Origin: Phenylobacterium sp.
GTDB taxonomy: Bacteria; Pseudomonadota; Alphaproteobacteria; Caulobacterales; Caulobacteraceae
DNA: 64,000 nt
NCBI RefSeq assembly: GCF_035944335.1
Contig: NZ_DASZBG010000012.1
Location: forward strand, 8,612 to 72,611
Direction: 5' to 3'
Under the pieces are notes generated by a model that saw only the letters and a list, made by a program, of their open reading frames with translations, searched no databases and was not told the DNA's origin. How positions within the stretch are numbered: the first letter of the stretch is position 1; each line of letters opens with the position of its first letter. Both the position numbers and the translations under genes were made by a program. Positions 45,348 through 53,861 of the stretch are shown one piece after another.

Positions 45348-47483
45348 ATGACGAGGGTGACGATGCGCTGGCTTGCCGCGATCCTGGCGTTCCTGGCCGT
45401 TTCGACGGCCGCGGCGGCCGCCCCGATCAACACCGGTCACCTGAGCGCCGAGCTCGTGTCGCAGACCCAGGGGATCGCGCCGGGCCAGACGGCCTATATC
45501 GCCCTGCATCAGAAGATCCAGCCGGGGTGGCACACCTATTGGCGCAACGCCGGCGACTCCGGCGAGCCGACGCGGCTGAAATGGACCCTGCCGTCCGGCT
45601 GGAAGGCCGGCGACATCGTCTGGCCGACGCCCAGGCGCCTGCCGGTCGGTCCCCTGGTCAACTACGGCTACGAGGACGACGTCGTCTTGCCCGTCGCCAT
45701 CACCGCGCCCGCCGACGCCAAGCCCGGCCAGGCCATCACCCTGAAAGCCGCCGCCTCGTTCCTGGTCTGCAAGGATATCTGCGTGCCCGAGGACGCGACC
45801 CTGCAGATCGCTCTGCCGGTGGTGGCGGGGCCAGCCGCCACCGATCCGCAGTGGGGCCAGAAGATCGCCGCGACGCTGGCCGCCACGCCGAAGCCCGCCG
45901 GCCTCACCGCGGTCTTTCAGAAGAAGGGCGCCATGGTCGCGCTGGCGATCGTCGGCGCGCCGCTGAAGGGCGCGGAGGTCCATGACGTCTACTTCTATCC
46001 TTTCGACTCGACCGTCATCGACCATGCCAAGCCGCAGCGCGTCGAGCGCGGCCCGGACGGCCTGACCCTGACGCTCACCCCCGGCTACGCCTTCCAGGGC
46101 GCGGCCGCTCCCGCCGCCATGGGCGGGGTGCTGGCGCTCGACGGCAAGGCCTACGAGGTCGCCGCGACCTCCGGCCCGCCGCCGGCCGGCGCTGCGGGCC
46201 TGGGGCCGCCGGCGCCCAAGGGCGCGGCCGGCGGGGCTGGCCTCGGCCTCATCACCGCGGCGGTGTTCGCCTTCGTGGGCGGTTTGATCCTCAACCTGAT
46301 GCCCTGCGTCTTCCCGATCCTCGCCATGAAGGCCGCCTCGCTCGCGGCCCACGGCGGCGGCGCGCAAGCGGGGGAGGCGCGCAGGCACGGCCTGGCGTTC
46401 GGGGCCGGGGCGCTGATCACCTTCCTGGCCCTGGCGGGCCTGCTGATCGGCCTGAAGGCGGCCGGCGCGGCGATCGGCTGGGGCTTCCAGCTGCAGTCGC
46501 CGCCGGTGGTGGCGGTGCTCGCCCTCCTCATGCTGGCGGTGGCGCTCGACCTTTCCGGGGTGTTCGAGGTCGGGACCTCGCTGCAGGGCCTGGGCTCCGG
46601 CGCCGCGTCGCGCGGCGGCCTGGTCGGCGACCTCTTCACCGGCGCGCTGGCCGTGGTGGTCGCGGCCCCCTGCACGGCGCCGTTCATGGGCGCATCGGTG
46701 GGCTGGGCCCTAACCCAGCCGGCGGCGGCCGCCCTGACCGTGTTCCTGGCGCTGGGCATAGGCTTCGCCATGCCGTTCGTGGCGGCGACCTTCTGGCCGG
46801 GCCTGCTCGCCCGGCTGCCGAAGCCCGGACCCTGGATGGACGCCTTCCGCAAGGCGCTGGCCTTCCCGATGTACGGTGCGGCCGCCTGGCTCGCCTGGGT
46901 GCTGACCATCCAGGCCGGCGAGACCGCGCTCGCCCGCATCTTCATCGCCGCCATCGTACTGGCGCTGGCCGCCTGGTTGGCCGGCGCCGCCCAGCGCAGC
47001 GCCGCCCGGGGTCAGCGTCCCGTGGCGCTCGTCTCGTTCGCCGCCCTCCTGGGCGCCGCGGCCCTGGCCGGCGTCATCTGGCCCGCCTACGCCGAAACCT
47101 CCGGCGACAGCGCCGGGGCCAAGTCCGCTGACGCCGCCTGGGAGGCCTACAGCCCCGAGCGCCTCGCCGACCTGCGCGCGCAGGGCCGGCCGGTGTTTGT
47201 CAACTACACCGCCGCTTGGTGCGTCTCCTGCCAGGTAAACGACCGCGTGGTGATCTCCACCCGGTCGGTGGCCGAGGCCATGAAGGCCGATAAGGTGGTC
47301 TATCTGAAAGCCGACTGGACCAAGCGCGATCCGGTGATCGCCGCCGAGCTCGCCCGCTACGGCCGGGCCGGGGTGCCCCTCTATCTGGTCTATGGCGCGA
47401 ACGGCGGCGAGCCGCAGGTCCTGCCTGCCATCCTCACCCGGGGCGTGGTCCTGAGAGCCTTGGAGGCCGCCGCGAAGGGCTGA
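45348..47483 (+). CDS. DsbD/ScsB-family transmembrane thiol:disulfide reductase (N-terminal periplasmic domain - TM core - C-terminal thioredoxin)
   Basis: Signal peptide and a periplasmic domain with the FLVCKDICVPE motif. The TM core has Cys residues in MPCVFPIL and APCTAPF. The C-terminal Trx domain has WCVSC. ATG at 45363 is an alternative start. Confidence 0.85.
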   Translation: MTRVTMRWLAAILAFLAVSTAAAAAPINTGHLSAELVSQTQGIAPGQTAYIALHQKIQPGWHTYWRNAGDSGEPTRLKWTLPSGWKAGDIVWPTPRRLPVGPLVNYGYEDDVVLPVAITAPADAKPGQAITLKAAASFLVCKDICVPEDATLQIALPVVAGPAATDPQWGQKIAATLAATPKPAGLTAVFQKKGAMVALAIVGAPLKGAEVHDVYFYPFDSTVIDHAKPQRVERGPDGLTLTLTPGYAFQGAAAPAAMGGVLALDGKAYEVAATSGPPPAGAAGLGPPAPKGAAGGAGLGLITAAVFAFVGGLILNLMPCVFPILAMKAASLAAHGGGAQAGEARRHGLAFGAGALITFLALAGLLIGLKAAGAAIGWGFQLQSPPVVAVLALLMLAVALDLSGVFEVGTSLQGLGSGAASRGGLVGDLFTGALAVVVAAPCTAPFMGASVGWALTQPAAAALTVFLALGIGFAMPFVAATFWPGLLARLPKPGPWMDAFRKALAFPMYGAAAWLAWVLTIQAGETALARIFIAAIVLALAAWLAGAAQRSAARGQRPVALVSFAALLGAAALAGVIWPAYAETSGDSAGAKSADAAWEAYSPERLADLRAQGRPVFVNYTAAWCVSCQVNDRVVISTRSVAEAMKADKVVYLKADWTKRDPVIAAELARYGRAGVPLYLVYGANGGEPQVLPAILTRGVVLRALEAAAKG

Positions 47484-48109
47484 TGCTGACCCGCAGGATT
47501 CTGCTCGCCGCGGCTGGATTGGCGGCGGCCTTTCCCGCCCTCGCCGCGCCGGAGCTGAACGCCCCCGCGCCGGCGTTCCGCGCGACCGACGAGACCGGCA
47601 AGACGCGGTCGCTCGAGGATTTCAAGGGCAAGATCGTGGTGCTGGAATGGACCAGCGACGCCTGCCCTTACAGCCACAAGCACTACGATTCTGGCAACAT
47701 GCAGCGCCTGCAGGCCAAGGCGCGTCGCGACGGCGTCGTCTGGCTGACGGTAATGACCGCCCCGCCTCGCTCGGCGGAATTCATGACGCCCGCCGAGGTG
47801 GTCCGCTGGAAGCGCAAGGTGAAGAGCCACGCCACCGCGGTGTTGATCGACGACGACGCCAAGGTGGCCCGCGCCTACGAGGCCAAGACCACGCCGCACA
47901 TGTTCATCGTCGATCGGGCGGGGCGGCTGGTCTACATGGGCGGAATCGACGACCGGCCCTACGTGGACCCCGCCAGCCTCAAGGGCGCCACCAACTATGT
48001 GGCCCTGGCGCTCGCCGACCTGAAGGCGCATCGGCCTGTTGCGCAACCGGTGACCCGACCCTACGGCTGCAGCGTTAAGTACGCCCCGACTGCTCCCTTC
48101 GGGGGCTGA
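47483..48109 (+). CDS. Exported thioredoxin-fold protein, PRX-like1 type with SxxC (SDACPY) active site
   Basis: An RR-containing signal (MLTRRILLAAAGLAAAFPALA), the redoxin fold (APAFRATDETGKTRSLEDFKGKIVVLEW) and the C-terminal PYGCSVKY motif. The start overlaps the dsbD-like stop. Confidence 0.75.
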   Translation: MLTRRILLAAAGLAAAFPALAAPELNAPAPAFRATDETGKTRSLEDFKGKIVVLEWTSDACPYSHKHYDSGNMQRLQAKARRDGVVWLTVMTAPPRSAEFMTPAEVVRWKRKVKSHATAVLIDDDAKVARAYEAKTTPHMFIVDRAGRLVYMGGIDDRPYVDPASLKGATNYVALALADLKAHRPVAQPVTRPYGCSVKYAPTAPFGG

Positions 48110-48125
48110 CCCGAACCCATTTCGA

Positions 48126-49727
48126 ATGGATCGTCGCTTGTCTGAGATTGACGCCGCCTGGAGCCGTCTCAAAGCCGCCGGCGTCGCCGCCAAGGCGCGG
48201 CGGATCGCGGCCCTGTTCGACGCCGAGCCCGATCGGCTGGCGCGGCTTAGCGTGAGCGCCGCGGGGCTGAAGCTCGACCTCTCCAAACAACCTTGGTCGC
48301 TGGCCGATCTGGATACCGCCCTCGGACTGGCGCGCGCCGCCGGCGTCGAGGCCAGGCGCTCGGCCCTGTTCGCCGGCGAAATCGTCAACGCCTCCGAAGG
48401 CCGGCCGGCGTTGCACATGGCGCTGCGCGCGCCGGCCGGCGCCGACTTCCGCGCCGACGGGAAGCCGGTCTCCGCCGAGGTCGAGGCCACCCGCGCCAAG
48501 ATCAAGGCCTTCGCCGCCAAGGTCTGCGCCGGCCCGACGCGGGCGATCGTCCACATCGGCATCGGCGGCTCCGACCTCGGCCCACGGTTGATCTGGGAAG
48601 CCCTCAAGCCGCTGGACCCCAAGATCGAGCTGCGCTTCGCGGCCAATGTCGATCCGAACGAACTCGCCCAGGCGCTGACCGGCCTCGATCCGGCCACCAC
48701 CCTCGTCGTCGTCGTCTCCAAGACCTTCACCACGCTGGAGACCCTGACCAACGCCGAGACCGCCCGCGCCTGGCTTCGCGCCGGCCTGGGCCCGGACGCC
48801 GACAGCCATCTCGTCGCGGTGTCCGCCGCGCCCGACAAGGCCCAGGCCTTCGGCGTGCCCGCCGACCAGGTGTTCGCCTTCTGGGACTGGGTGGGCGGCC
48901 GCTATTCCCTGTGGTCGGCCGTCGGCCTCTCGTGCGCCGTCGCGCTCGGCTACGAGGTCTTCGAGCAATTGCTCGCCGGCGCCGCGGCCATGGACGCCCA
49001 CTTCGCGAGCGCGCGGCTGGAGGCCAACGCCCCGGTGCTGCTGGCCCTGGCCCATGTGTTCAACCGCAACGGCCTCGGCCGGCCCACCCGCGCGGTCGTG
49101 CCCTACGCCCAGCGCCTGGGCCTCTTCGCAGACTTCCTGCAGCAGCTGGAGATGGAGTCCAACGGCAAGCGTGTGGACGCGGCCGGGCGGCCCGTGGCGC
49201 ATGCGACCGCGGCGGCGGTGTTCGGCGACGCCGGCACCAACGGCCAGCACGCCTTCTTCCAGATGCTGCACCAGGGGACCGACGTGATCCCCGTCGACAT
49301 CCTGGCCGTGCGCGAGGCCAGCGAGGGCGATCCGGCTGCGCAGAAGAAGCTCCTGGCCAACGCGATCGCCCAGGCCGAAGCCCTGATGGTGGGCCGCACC
49401 GAGGCCGACGTCCGCGCCGAGCTCGAAGCCAAGGGGCTTGCCGCCGCGGAGATCGACGCGCTCGCGCCGCAGCGCACCTTCCCGGGCGATCGGCCGACGG
49501 CCTTCCTGCTGATGGACCGCCTGACGCCGCGGGCGCTGGGCGCCCTGATCGCGCTCTATGAGCACAAGGTGTTCGTGGAAGGCGTGCTCTGGGGCATCAA
49601 CAGCTTCGACCAGTGGGGCGTCGAGCTCGGCAAGAGTCTGGCGACGCGCGTGCTCGGCGAACTGGAAGGCGGCCCGGCCGGCGCCCACGATCCCTCGACC
49701 GCGGCCCTGATCGCCCAGCTGCGCTGA
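48126..49727 (+). CDS. pgi: Glucose-6-phosphate isomerase
   Basis: 533 aa. IGIGGSDLGP, SKTFTT.ET, DWVGGRYSLWSAVG and QQLEMESNGK motifs. Confidence 0.9.
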   Translation: MDRRLSEIDAAWSRLKAAGVAAKARRIAALFDAEPDRLARLSVSAAGLKLDLSKQPWSLADLDTALGLARAAGVEARRSALFAGEIVNASEGRPALHMALRAPAGADFRADGKPVSAEVEATRAKIKAFAAKVCAGPTRAIVHIGIGGSDLGPRLIWEALKPLDPKIELRFAANVDPNELAQALTGLDPATTLVVVVSKTFTTLETLTNAETARAWLRAGLGPDADSHLVAVSAAPDKAQAFGVPADQVFAFWDWVGGRYSLWSAVGLSCAVALGYEVFEQLLAGAAAMDAHFASARLEANAPVLLALAHVFNRNGLGRPTRAVVPYAQRLGLFADFLQQLEMESNGKRVDAAGRPVAHATAAAVFGDAGTNGQHAFFQMLHQGTDVIPVDILAVREASEGDPAAQKKLLANAIAQAEALMVGRTEADVRAELEAKGLAAAEIDALAPQRTFPGDRPTAFLLMDRLTPRALGALIALYEHKVFVEGVLWGINSFDQWGVELGKSLATRVLGELEGGPAGAHDPSTAALIAQLR

Positions 49728-49766
49728 CTCGCTTTCTTCACGATCCTCGGCTATAGGCCCGCCCCC

Positions 49767-49841
49767 ATGAGCGGCTTCGCGCATCATCACGACCACCACC
49801 ATCCGACCCTCGCGGGATCGGCCTGGGCGCGCTTGGCTTAG
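49767..49841 (+). CDS. Candidate histidine-rich leader peptide (24 aa) of a his attenuator
   Basis: My own translation gives MSGFAHHHDHHHPTLAGSAWARLA*. Six His fall in seven consecutive codons, immediately upstream of hisS-hisZ-hisG. No strong SD is present. Confidence 0.45.
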   Translation: MSGFAHHHDHHHPTLAGSAWARLA

Positions 49842-49858
49842 ATAGCGAACCCTTTCCG

Positions 49859-49903
49859 AGCCCCGCCGATGCGGACGGGGCTTGCTGACCGAGCTCCGTC
49901 CGT
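49859..49903 (+). promoter_or_regulatory. Mutually exclusive hairpins downstream of the His leader ORF (candidate attenuator)
   Basis: Hairpin A is AGCCCCG (49859-65) / CGGGGCT (49876-82). Hairpin B is GCGGACGGGGCT (49871-82) / AGCTCCGTCCGT (49892-903, 12 bp including G-U pairs). They share the 49876-82 segment. No U-tract follows. Confidence 0.35.
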
Positions 49904-49926
49904 CGACCCTTCACCAGGACCGACCG

Positions 49927-51486
49927 ATGGATCTTACTTCTCAGAACCCTTTCTTGAGCGAAGCCGCCGCAACCGCTAAGCGCGGCGGCATGACCGACGC
50001 TGCCAAGTCCGACGCATCGAGGCCGGACGCCCGCACCCCGCGCGGCTTCATCGACCGCCGCGCCCGCGACCTCGTCGACGAGCGGAGGATCCTGACGGCG
50101 GTGTCCGCGGTCTATGAGCGCTATGGTTTCGAGCCGCTGGACACGCCGGCCTTCGAATATGCCGACGCGCTGGGCAAGTTCCTGCCCGACGCCGATCGGC
50201 CCAACGAGGGCGTGTTCTCGTTGCAGGACGATCCGGATGCCGATGGCAATGGGCCGTGGATGGCGCTGCGCTACGACCTGACCGCGCCGCTCGCGCGCTT
50301 CGCCGCCCAGAACTGGGAGACCCTGGCCAAGCCCTTCCGCCGCTACGCCTTCGGGCCGGTGTGGCGCAACGAGAAGCCGGGCCCGGGCCGCTTCCGCGAG
50401 TTCGTGCAGTGCGACGCCGACACGGTGGGCTCGGCCCGTCCCGAGGCAGACGCCGAGATCATCGCCATGGCGGTCGAGGGCCTGCAGGCCGCCGGCGTGC
50501 CGGCCGGCTCGGCGATCCTGAAGATCAACAGCCGCAAGCTGCTCAACGGCCTGATGGCGACCGCCGGCGTCATCGACGACGGCCAGAAGCTCGCCGTGCT
50601 GCGCGCCGTCGACAAGCTCGACCGCCTGGGCCCCGACGGGGTGCGCCTGCTGCTGGGCGACGGCCGCAAGGACGAGTCCGGCGCCTTCACCAAGGGCGCG
50701 GGGCTGAACGCGGCCGCCGCCGAGCGCGTCTTGGCCTTTACTGCCGTCGGCGCGGGCCGCGGCGACACCCTCGGCCAGCTGGCCAATGTGATCGGCGGTT
50801 CGGCCGAGGGCGATGAGGGTCTCGCAGACCTGGAGGCCATCGATCGGGCGCTGACGAGCCTGGGCGTGGGCGCGCAGGGCGCGGTGTTCGATCCTTCGGT
50901 GGTGCGGGGGCTCGAATATTACACCGGCGCCGTCTTTGAGGCCGAGCTGCTGCTCGGGACAACCGACGAGAAGGGCCGGTCGGTCCGCTTCGGCTCGGTG
51001 GGTGGCGGCGGCCGCTACGACGATCTCGTGGCCCGCTTCACCGGCGAGCGCGTGCCGGCCACCGGCTTCTCCTTCGGCGTCTCGCGCCTTGCCGCGGCGC
51101 TGCGGGCGGCCGGCCAGGACGCCGCCGCCGAGGCGCGCGGCCCGGTGGTGGTCATCGTCTTCGACGAGGCGCGCATGGCCGACTATTTCGCCGTCGCCGG
51201 CGAGCTGCGCGCTGCCGGTGTCGCCGCCGAGGTCTATCTCGGCCAGTCCGGCCTGCGGGCGCAGATGAAATACGCCGACCGCCGGTTGTCGCCGGCCGCG
51301 GTGATCATCGGCGAGGACGAGTTCGCCGCCGGGACCGCCACGGTGAAGGACCTCGACCTCGGTCGGGCCTTGTCCAAAGGCGTCACCGACAACGCCGCCT
51401 GGCGCGCCGAACGGCCGGGGCAGGTGACCGTGCCCCGCGCGGAGCTGGTGGCGACGATCGGCAAGATCCTGGACTCCCAGCTGTGA
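49927..51486 (+). CDS. hisS: Histidine--tRNA ligase
   Basis: Class II aaRS motifs (PRGF.D; FRYAFGPVWRNEKPGPGRFREFVQCDAD; GGGRYDDL). The start is uncertain. ATG 49927 has AGGAC 7 nt upstream, ATG 49990 is the alternative, and the track TTG at 49882 is unlikely. Confidence 0.9.
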   Translation: MDLTSQNPFLSEAAATAKRGGMTDAAKSDASRPDARTPRGFIDRRARDLVDERRILTAVSAVYERYGFEPLDTPAFEYADALGKFLPDADRPNEGVFSLQDDPDADGNGPWMALRYDLTAPLARFAAQNWETLAKPFRRYAFGPVWRNEKPGPGRFREFVQCDADTVGSARPEADAEIIAMAVEGLQAAGVPAGSAILKINSRKLLNGLMATAGVIDDGQKLAVLRAVDKLDRLGPDGVRLLLGDGRKDESGAFTKGAGLNAAAAERVLAFTAVGAGRGDTLGQLANVIGGSAEGDEGLADLEAIDRALTSLGVGAQGAVFDPSVVRGLEYYTGAVFEAELLLGTTDEKGRSVRFGSVGGGGRYDDLVARFTGERVPATGFSFGVSRLAAALRAAGQDAAAEARGPVVVIVFDEARMADYFAVAGELRAAGVAAEVYLGQSGLRAQMKYADRRLSPAAVIIGEDEFAAGTATVKDLDLGRALSKGVTDNAAWRAERPGQVTVPRAELVATIGKILDSQL

Positions 51487-52613
51487 GGACCGAGCCCCCG
51501 GTCCCGACCAAGGCGCTCGAAGCCATCCGCGCAGCGCTCGGCCCCGGCGCCGAGTCGGTCGATGCGCCCATCCTGCAGCCGCTCGGCCTGCTGCTCGATC
51601 TCGCGGGCGAAGCCATGCGCGCGCGCCTGTTCGTGGTCCAGGCGGAAGGCGGCGCGGAGCTTTGCCTGCGGCCCGACTTCACCGTGGCGGTGGCGCGGCG
51701 CCACCTGGACGGCGGCGCAGCCTCCGGACGCTATTTCTATGAAGGCCCGGCGTTCCGCGCCGCCCCGGGGACCGAGCGGCCGGAAGAGTTCGTGCAGATG
51801 GGCGTGGAGGCGTTCGCGCCCCCCTCCGGCGACGGCGCGGCGGCGGACGCCGAGATCGCCGGCCTCGCCTGGCGGGCCGCCACGGCCGGCGGGCGCTCTG
51901 ACCTCAGCCTGTGGCTGGGCGACGTGGGCCTGTTCGCCGCCTTCATCGAATCCCTGGGGCTCCCGGCGACGCTTTCGGCGCGGCTGAAGCGGGTGGCGGG
52001 CCGCCCCCGCCTGCTGCAGGCCGAACTCGCCCGCGCCGGCCACGTGGCCGCGCCGGCCGCCAACCAAGGCCAGCTCGCCGCCCTGCTCGCCGGCCGCTCC
52101 GAAGGCGATACGGCCGCCCTCCTGGAGGAGGTCTGGGCCCTGGCCGGCATCGAGCCGGTGGGCGGTCGCGGCCCCGCCGAGATCGCCGCCCGCCTGGTGC
52201 GCCGCGCCGAAGCCGCCGCCGCGCCGGCGCTTGGCCAGCCCGAGGCCCAGGCCATCGCCGCCTTCATGGCGATTTCCGAGCCCGCCGCGGCCGGCCTCGC
52301 GAGGGTGCGCGGACTGGCCGGCGGCAAGGCCAAGGCGCTCACAGCCGCCCTCGCCGTCTGGGACGCTCGGCTGACGGATCTGGCCCGCAGCGTGCCGGCC
52401 GACCGGATGCGTTTCGCCCCCGCGCTTGGCCACGCCTTCGACTACTACGACGGCCTGACCTTTGAGGTGCGCAGTGAAGCCTTGGGCCCGGACCGGCCGG
52501 TGGCCGTCGGCGGCCGCTACGACGGACTGCTCGCCCGCCTGGGCGGCGGACCGGGGCGGGCGGTCGGCTGCATGGTGCGTCCCTGGCGCGCCTTCGCGGG
52601 AGGCGAGGCGTGA
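51483..52613 (+). CDS. hisZ: ATP phosphoribosyltransferase regulatory subunit
   Basis: HisS paralog lacking an anticodon domain (LCLRPDFTVAVARRH...YFYEGPAFR...EFVQMGVE). Its GTG start overlaps the hisS stop. Confidence 0.85.
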   Translation: MRTEPPVPTKALEAIRAALGPGAESVDAPILQPLGLLLDLAGEAMRARLFVVQAEGGAELCLRPDFTVAVARRHLDGGAASGRYFYEGPAFRAAPGTERPEEFVQMGVEAFAPPSGDGAAADAEIAGLAWRAATAGGRSDLSLWLGDVGLFAAFIESLGLPATLSARLKRVAGRPRLLQAELARAGHVAAPAANQGQLAALLAGRSEGDTAALLEEVWALAGIEPVGGRGPAEIAARLVRRAEAAAAPALGQPEAQAIAAFMAISEPAAAGLARVRGLAGGKAKALTAALAVWDARLTDLARSVPADRMRFAPALGHAFDYYDGLTFEVRSEALGPDRPVAVGGRYDGLLARLGGGPGRAVGCMVRPWRAFAGGEA

Positions 52614-53563
52614 GCGGGCCCTTGATCATCGCCGTCCCGTCCAAGGGCCGGCTGAAGGAGCAGGTGGAAGCCTGGCTCGCCGACTGCGGCCTGGACCTGG
52701 CGGCCTCGGGCGGCGCGCGGGGCTATCTCGGCGTGCTCAAGGGGTTGCCGAACGCCCAGGTGCGGCTGCTGTCGGCCGCCGATATCGCCGAGGCGGTGGA
52801 CGCGGGTGAAGTCCACCTCGGGGTCACCGGCGAGGACCTGCTGCGCGAGCGCGGCGAGGATCTCGATGGCCGCGCCCTCCTGCTGAAGGCGCTGGGCTTC
52901 GGCCGCGCCGATCTGGTGGTAGCGGCGCCCAAGAGTTGGCTCGACGTCGAGACCATGGCCGACCTGGAGGAGGTGGCGCACGACTACCTCGCCCGCACCG
53001 GCCGACGCATGCGCGTCGCCACCAAATACCTCGCTCAGACCCGGGTCTTCTTCACCCGCCACGGCGTGGCCGACTACCGGATCACCGAGTCCGGTGGCGC
53101 CACCGAAGGCGCGCCGGCCGCCGGCGCGGCCGAGCTGGTGGTCGACATCACCACCACCGGCGCGACGCTGGCCGCGAACGGGCTGAAGGTGCTGGCCGAC
53201 GGCGTGATCCTGAGAAGCCAGGCGCAACTCGCCGCGAGCCTCAAGGCCCGCTGGTCGGCCGATCAGTTGGCCAGCGCCGAGCGGTTGCTCCGCGTCGTCG
53301 AGGCCCGCACCGCGGCGCTGCGCAGCGCGACCCTCACCTGGCCCGCGGCCGGCGATGCGGCGGAAGCCGCGGTGGTCGACCGGCTGGTGAGCGCCGGCGC
53401 CAGCCGGCGGCCGCATGGCCTCCTGGTGGAGGCCGGCCAGCTGGCGGAGGCGTCGCTGGCGCTGACGGCCGCGGGCCTCGGCCCGGTCACCGCCGCGCGC
53501 CCCGACTTCGTGTTCGACGTGGCCTGCCCGGCGTTCGACGCCCTGAAAGAACGGGTTATTTGA
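52610..53563 (+). CDS. hisG: ATP phosphoribosyltransferase catalytic subunit
   Basis: IIAVPSKGRL...GVTGEDLL...DITTTGATLAANGL. There is a 4-nt overlap with hisZ. Confidence 0.9.
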   Translation: MSGPLIIAVPSKGRLKEQVEAWLADCGLDLAASGGARGYLGVLKGLPNAQVRLLSAADIAEAVDAGEVHLGVTGEDLLRERGEDLDGRALLLKALGFGRADLVVAAPKSWLDVETMADLEEVAHDYLARTGRRMRVATKYLAQTRVFFTRHGVADYRITESGGATEGAPAAGAAELVVDITTTGATLAANGLKVLADGVILRSQAQLAASLKARWSADQLASAERLLRVVEARTAALRSATLTWPAAGDAAEAAVVDRLVSAGASRRPHGLLVEAGQLAEASLALTAAGLGPVTAARPDFVFDVACPAFDALKERVI

Positions 53564-53765
53564 CGATCGCGTCAAAAGACGGCGTAAATTTGTGCGAGCT
53601 CGCGAAATTCTGATCGAGCCTTGCTGCGAAACACCCCGCAAGCCGTTGACTCGGGCAGAAAATTGCCGTTCCTTCACGACGCGAGAGACATGAAGGCATC
53701 AGTCCTGAGGTCTCCGGCGTTTCGGGGAGGAAACGCCCGCTCATTCGAGCGACTGCTCAAGATCA

Positions 53766-53805
53766 GGCCCGCTGCGATTATCCCCCGCGGCGGGCCAAAT
53801 TTTTT
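53766..53805 (+). terminator. Strong intrinsic terminator ~200 nt downstream of hisG
   Basis: 11-bp stem GGCCCGCTGCG / loop ATTATCCCC / CGCGGCGGGCC (one G-U pair), followed by AAATTTTTT. Confidence 0.7.
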
Positions 53806-53816
53806 CCCGGAATCGT

Positions 53817-53855
53817 CAAAAAAGCGCATCCCTACCCTGAAGAGGAGGGATGCGC
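53817..53855 (-). terminator. Intrinsic terminator of the M13 peptidase gene
   Basis: On the minus strand, GCGCATCCCT / 12-nt loop / AGGGATGCGC is followed by TTTTTTG, 7 nt after the stop codon. Confidence 0.8.
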
Positions 53856-53861
53856 GCCGCG

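Noticed and set aside
49882-49926. TTG at 49882 as the hisS start (track ORF of 534 aa)
   Set aside because: This TTG lies inside the predicted attenuator hairpins and has no SD. ATG 49927 (AGGAC upstream) or ATG 49990 fits HisRS N-termini better.
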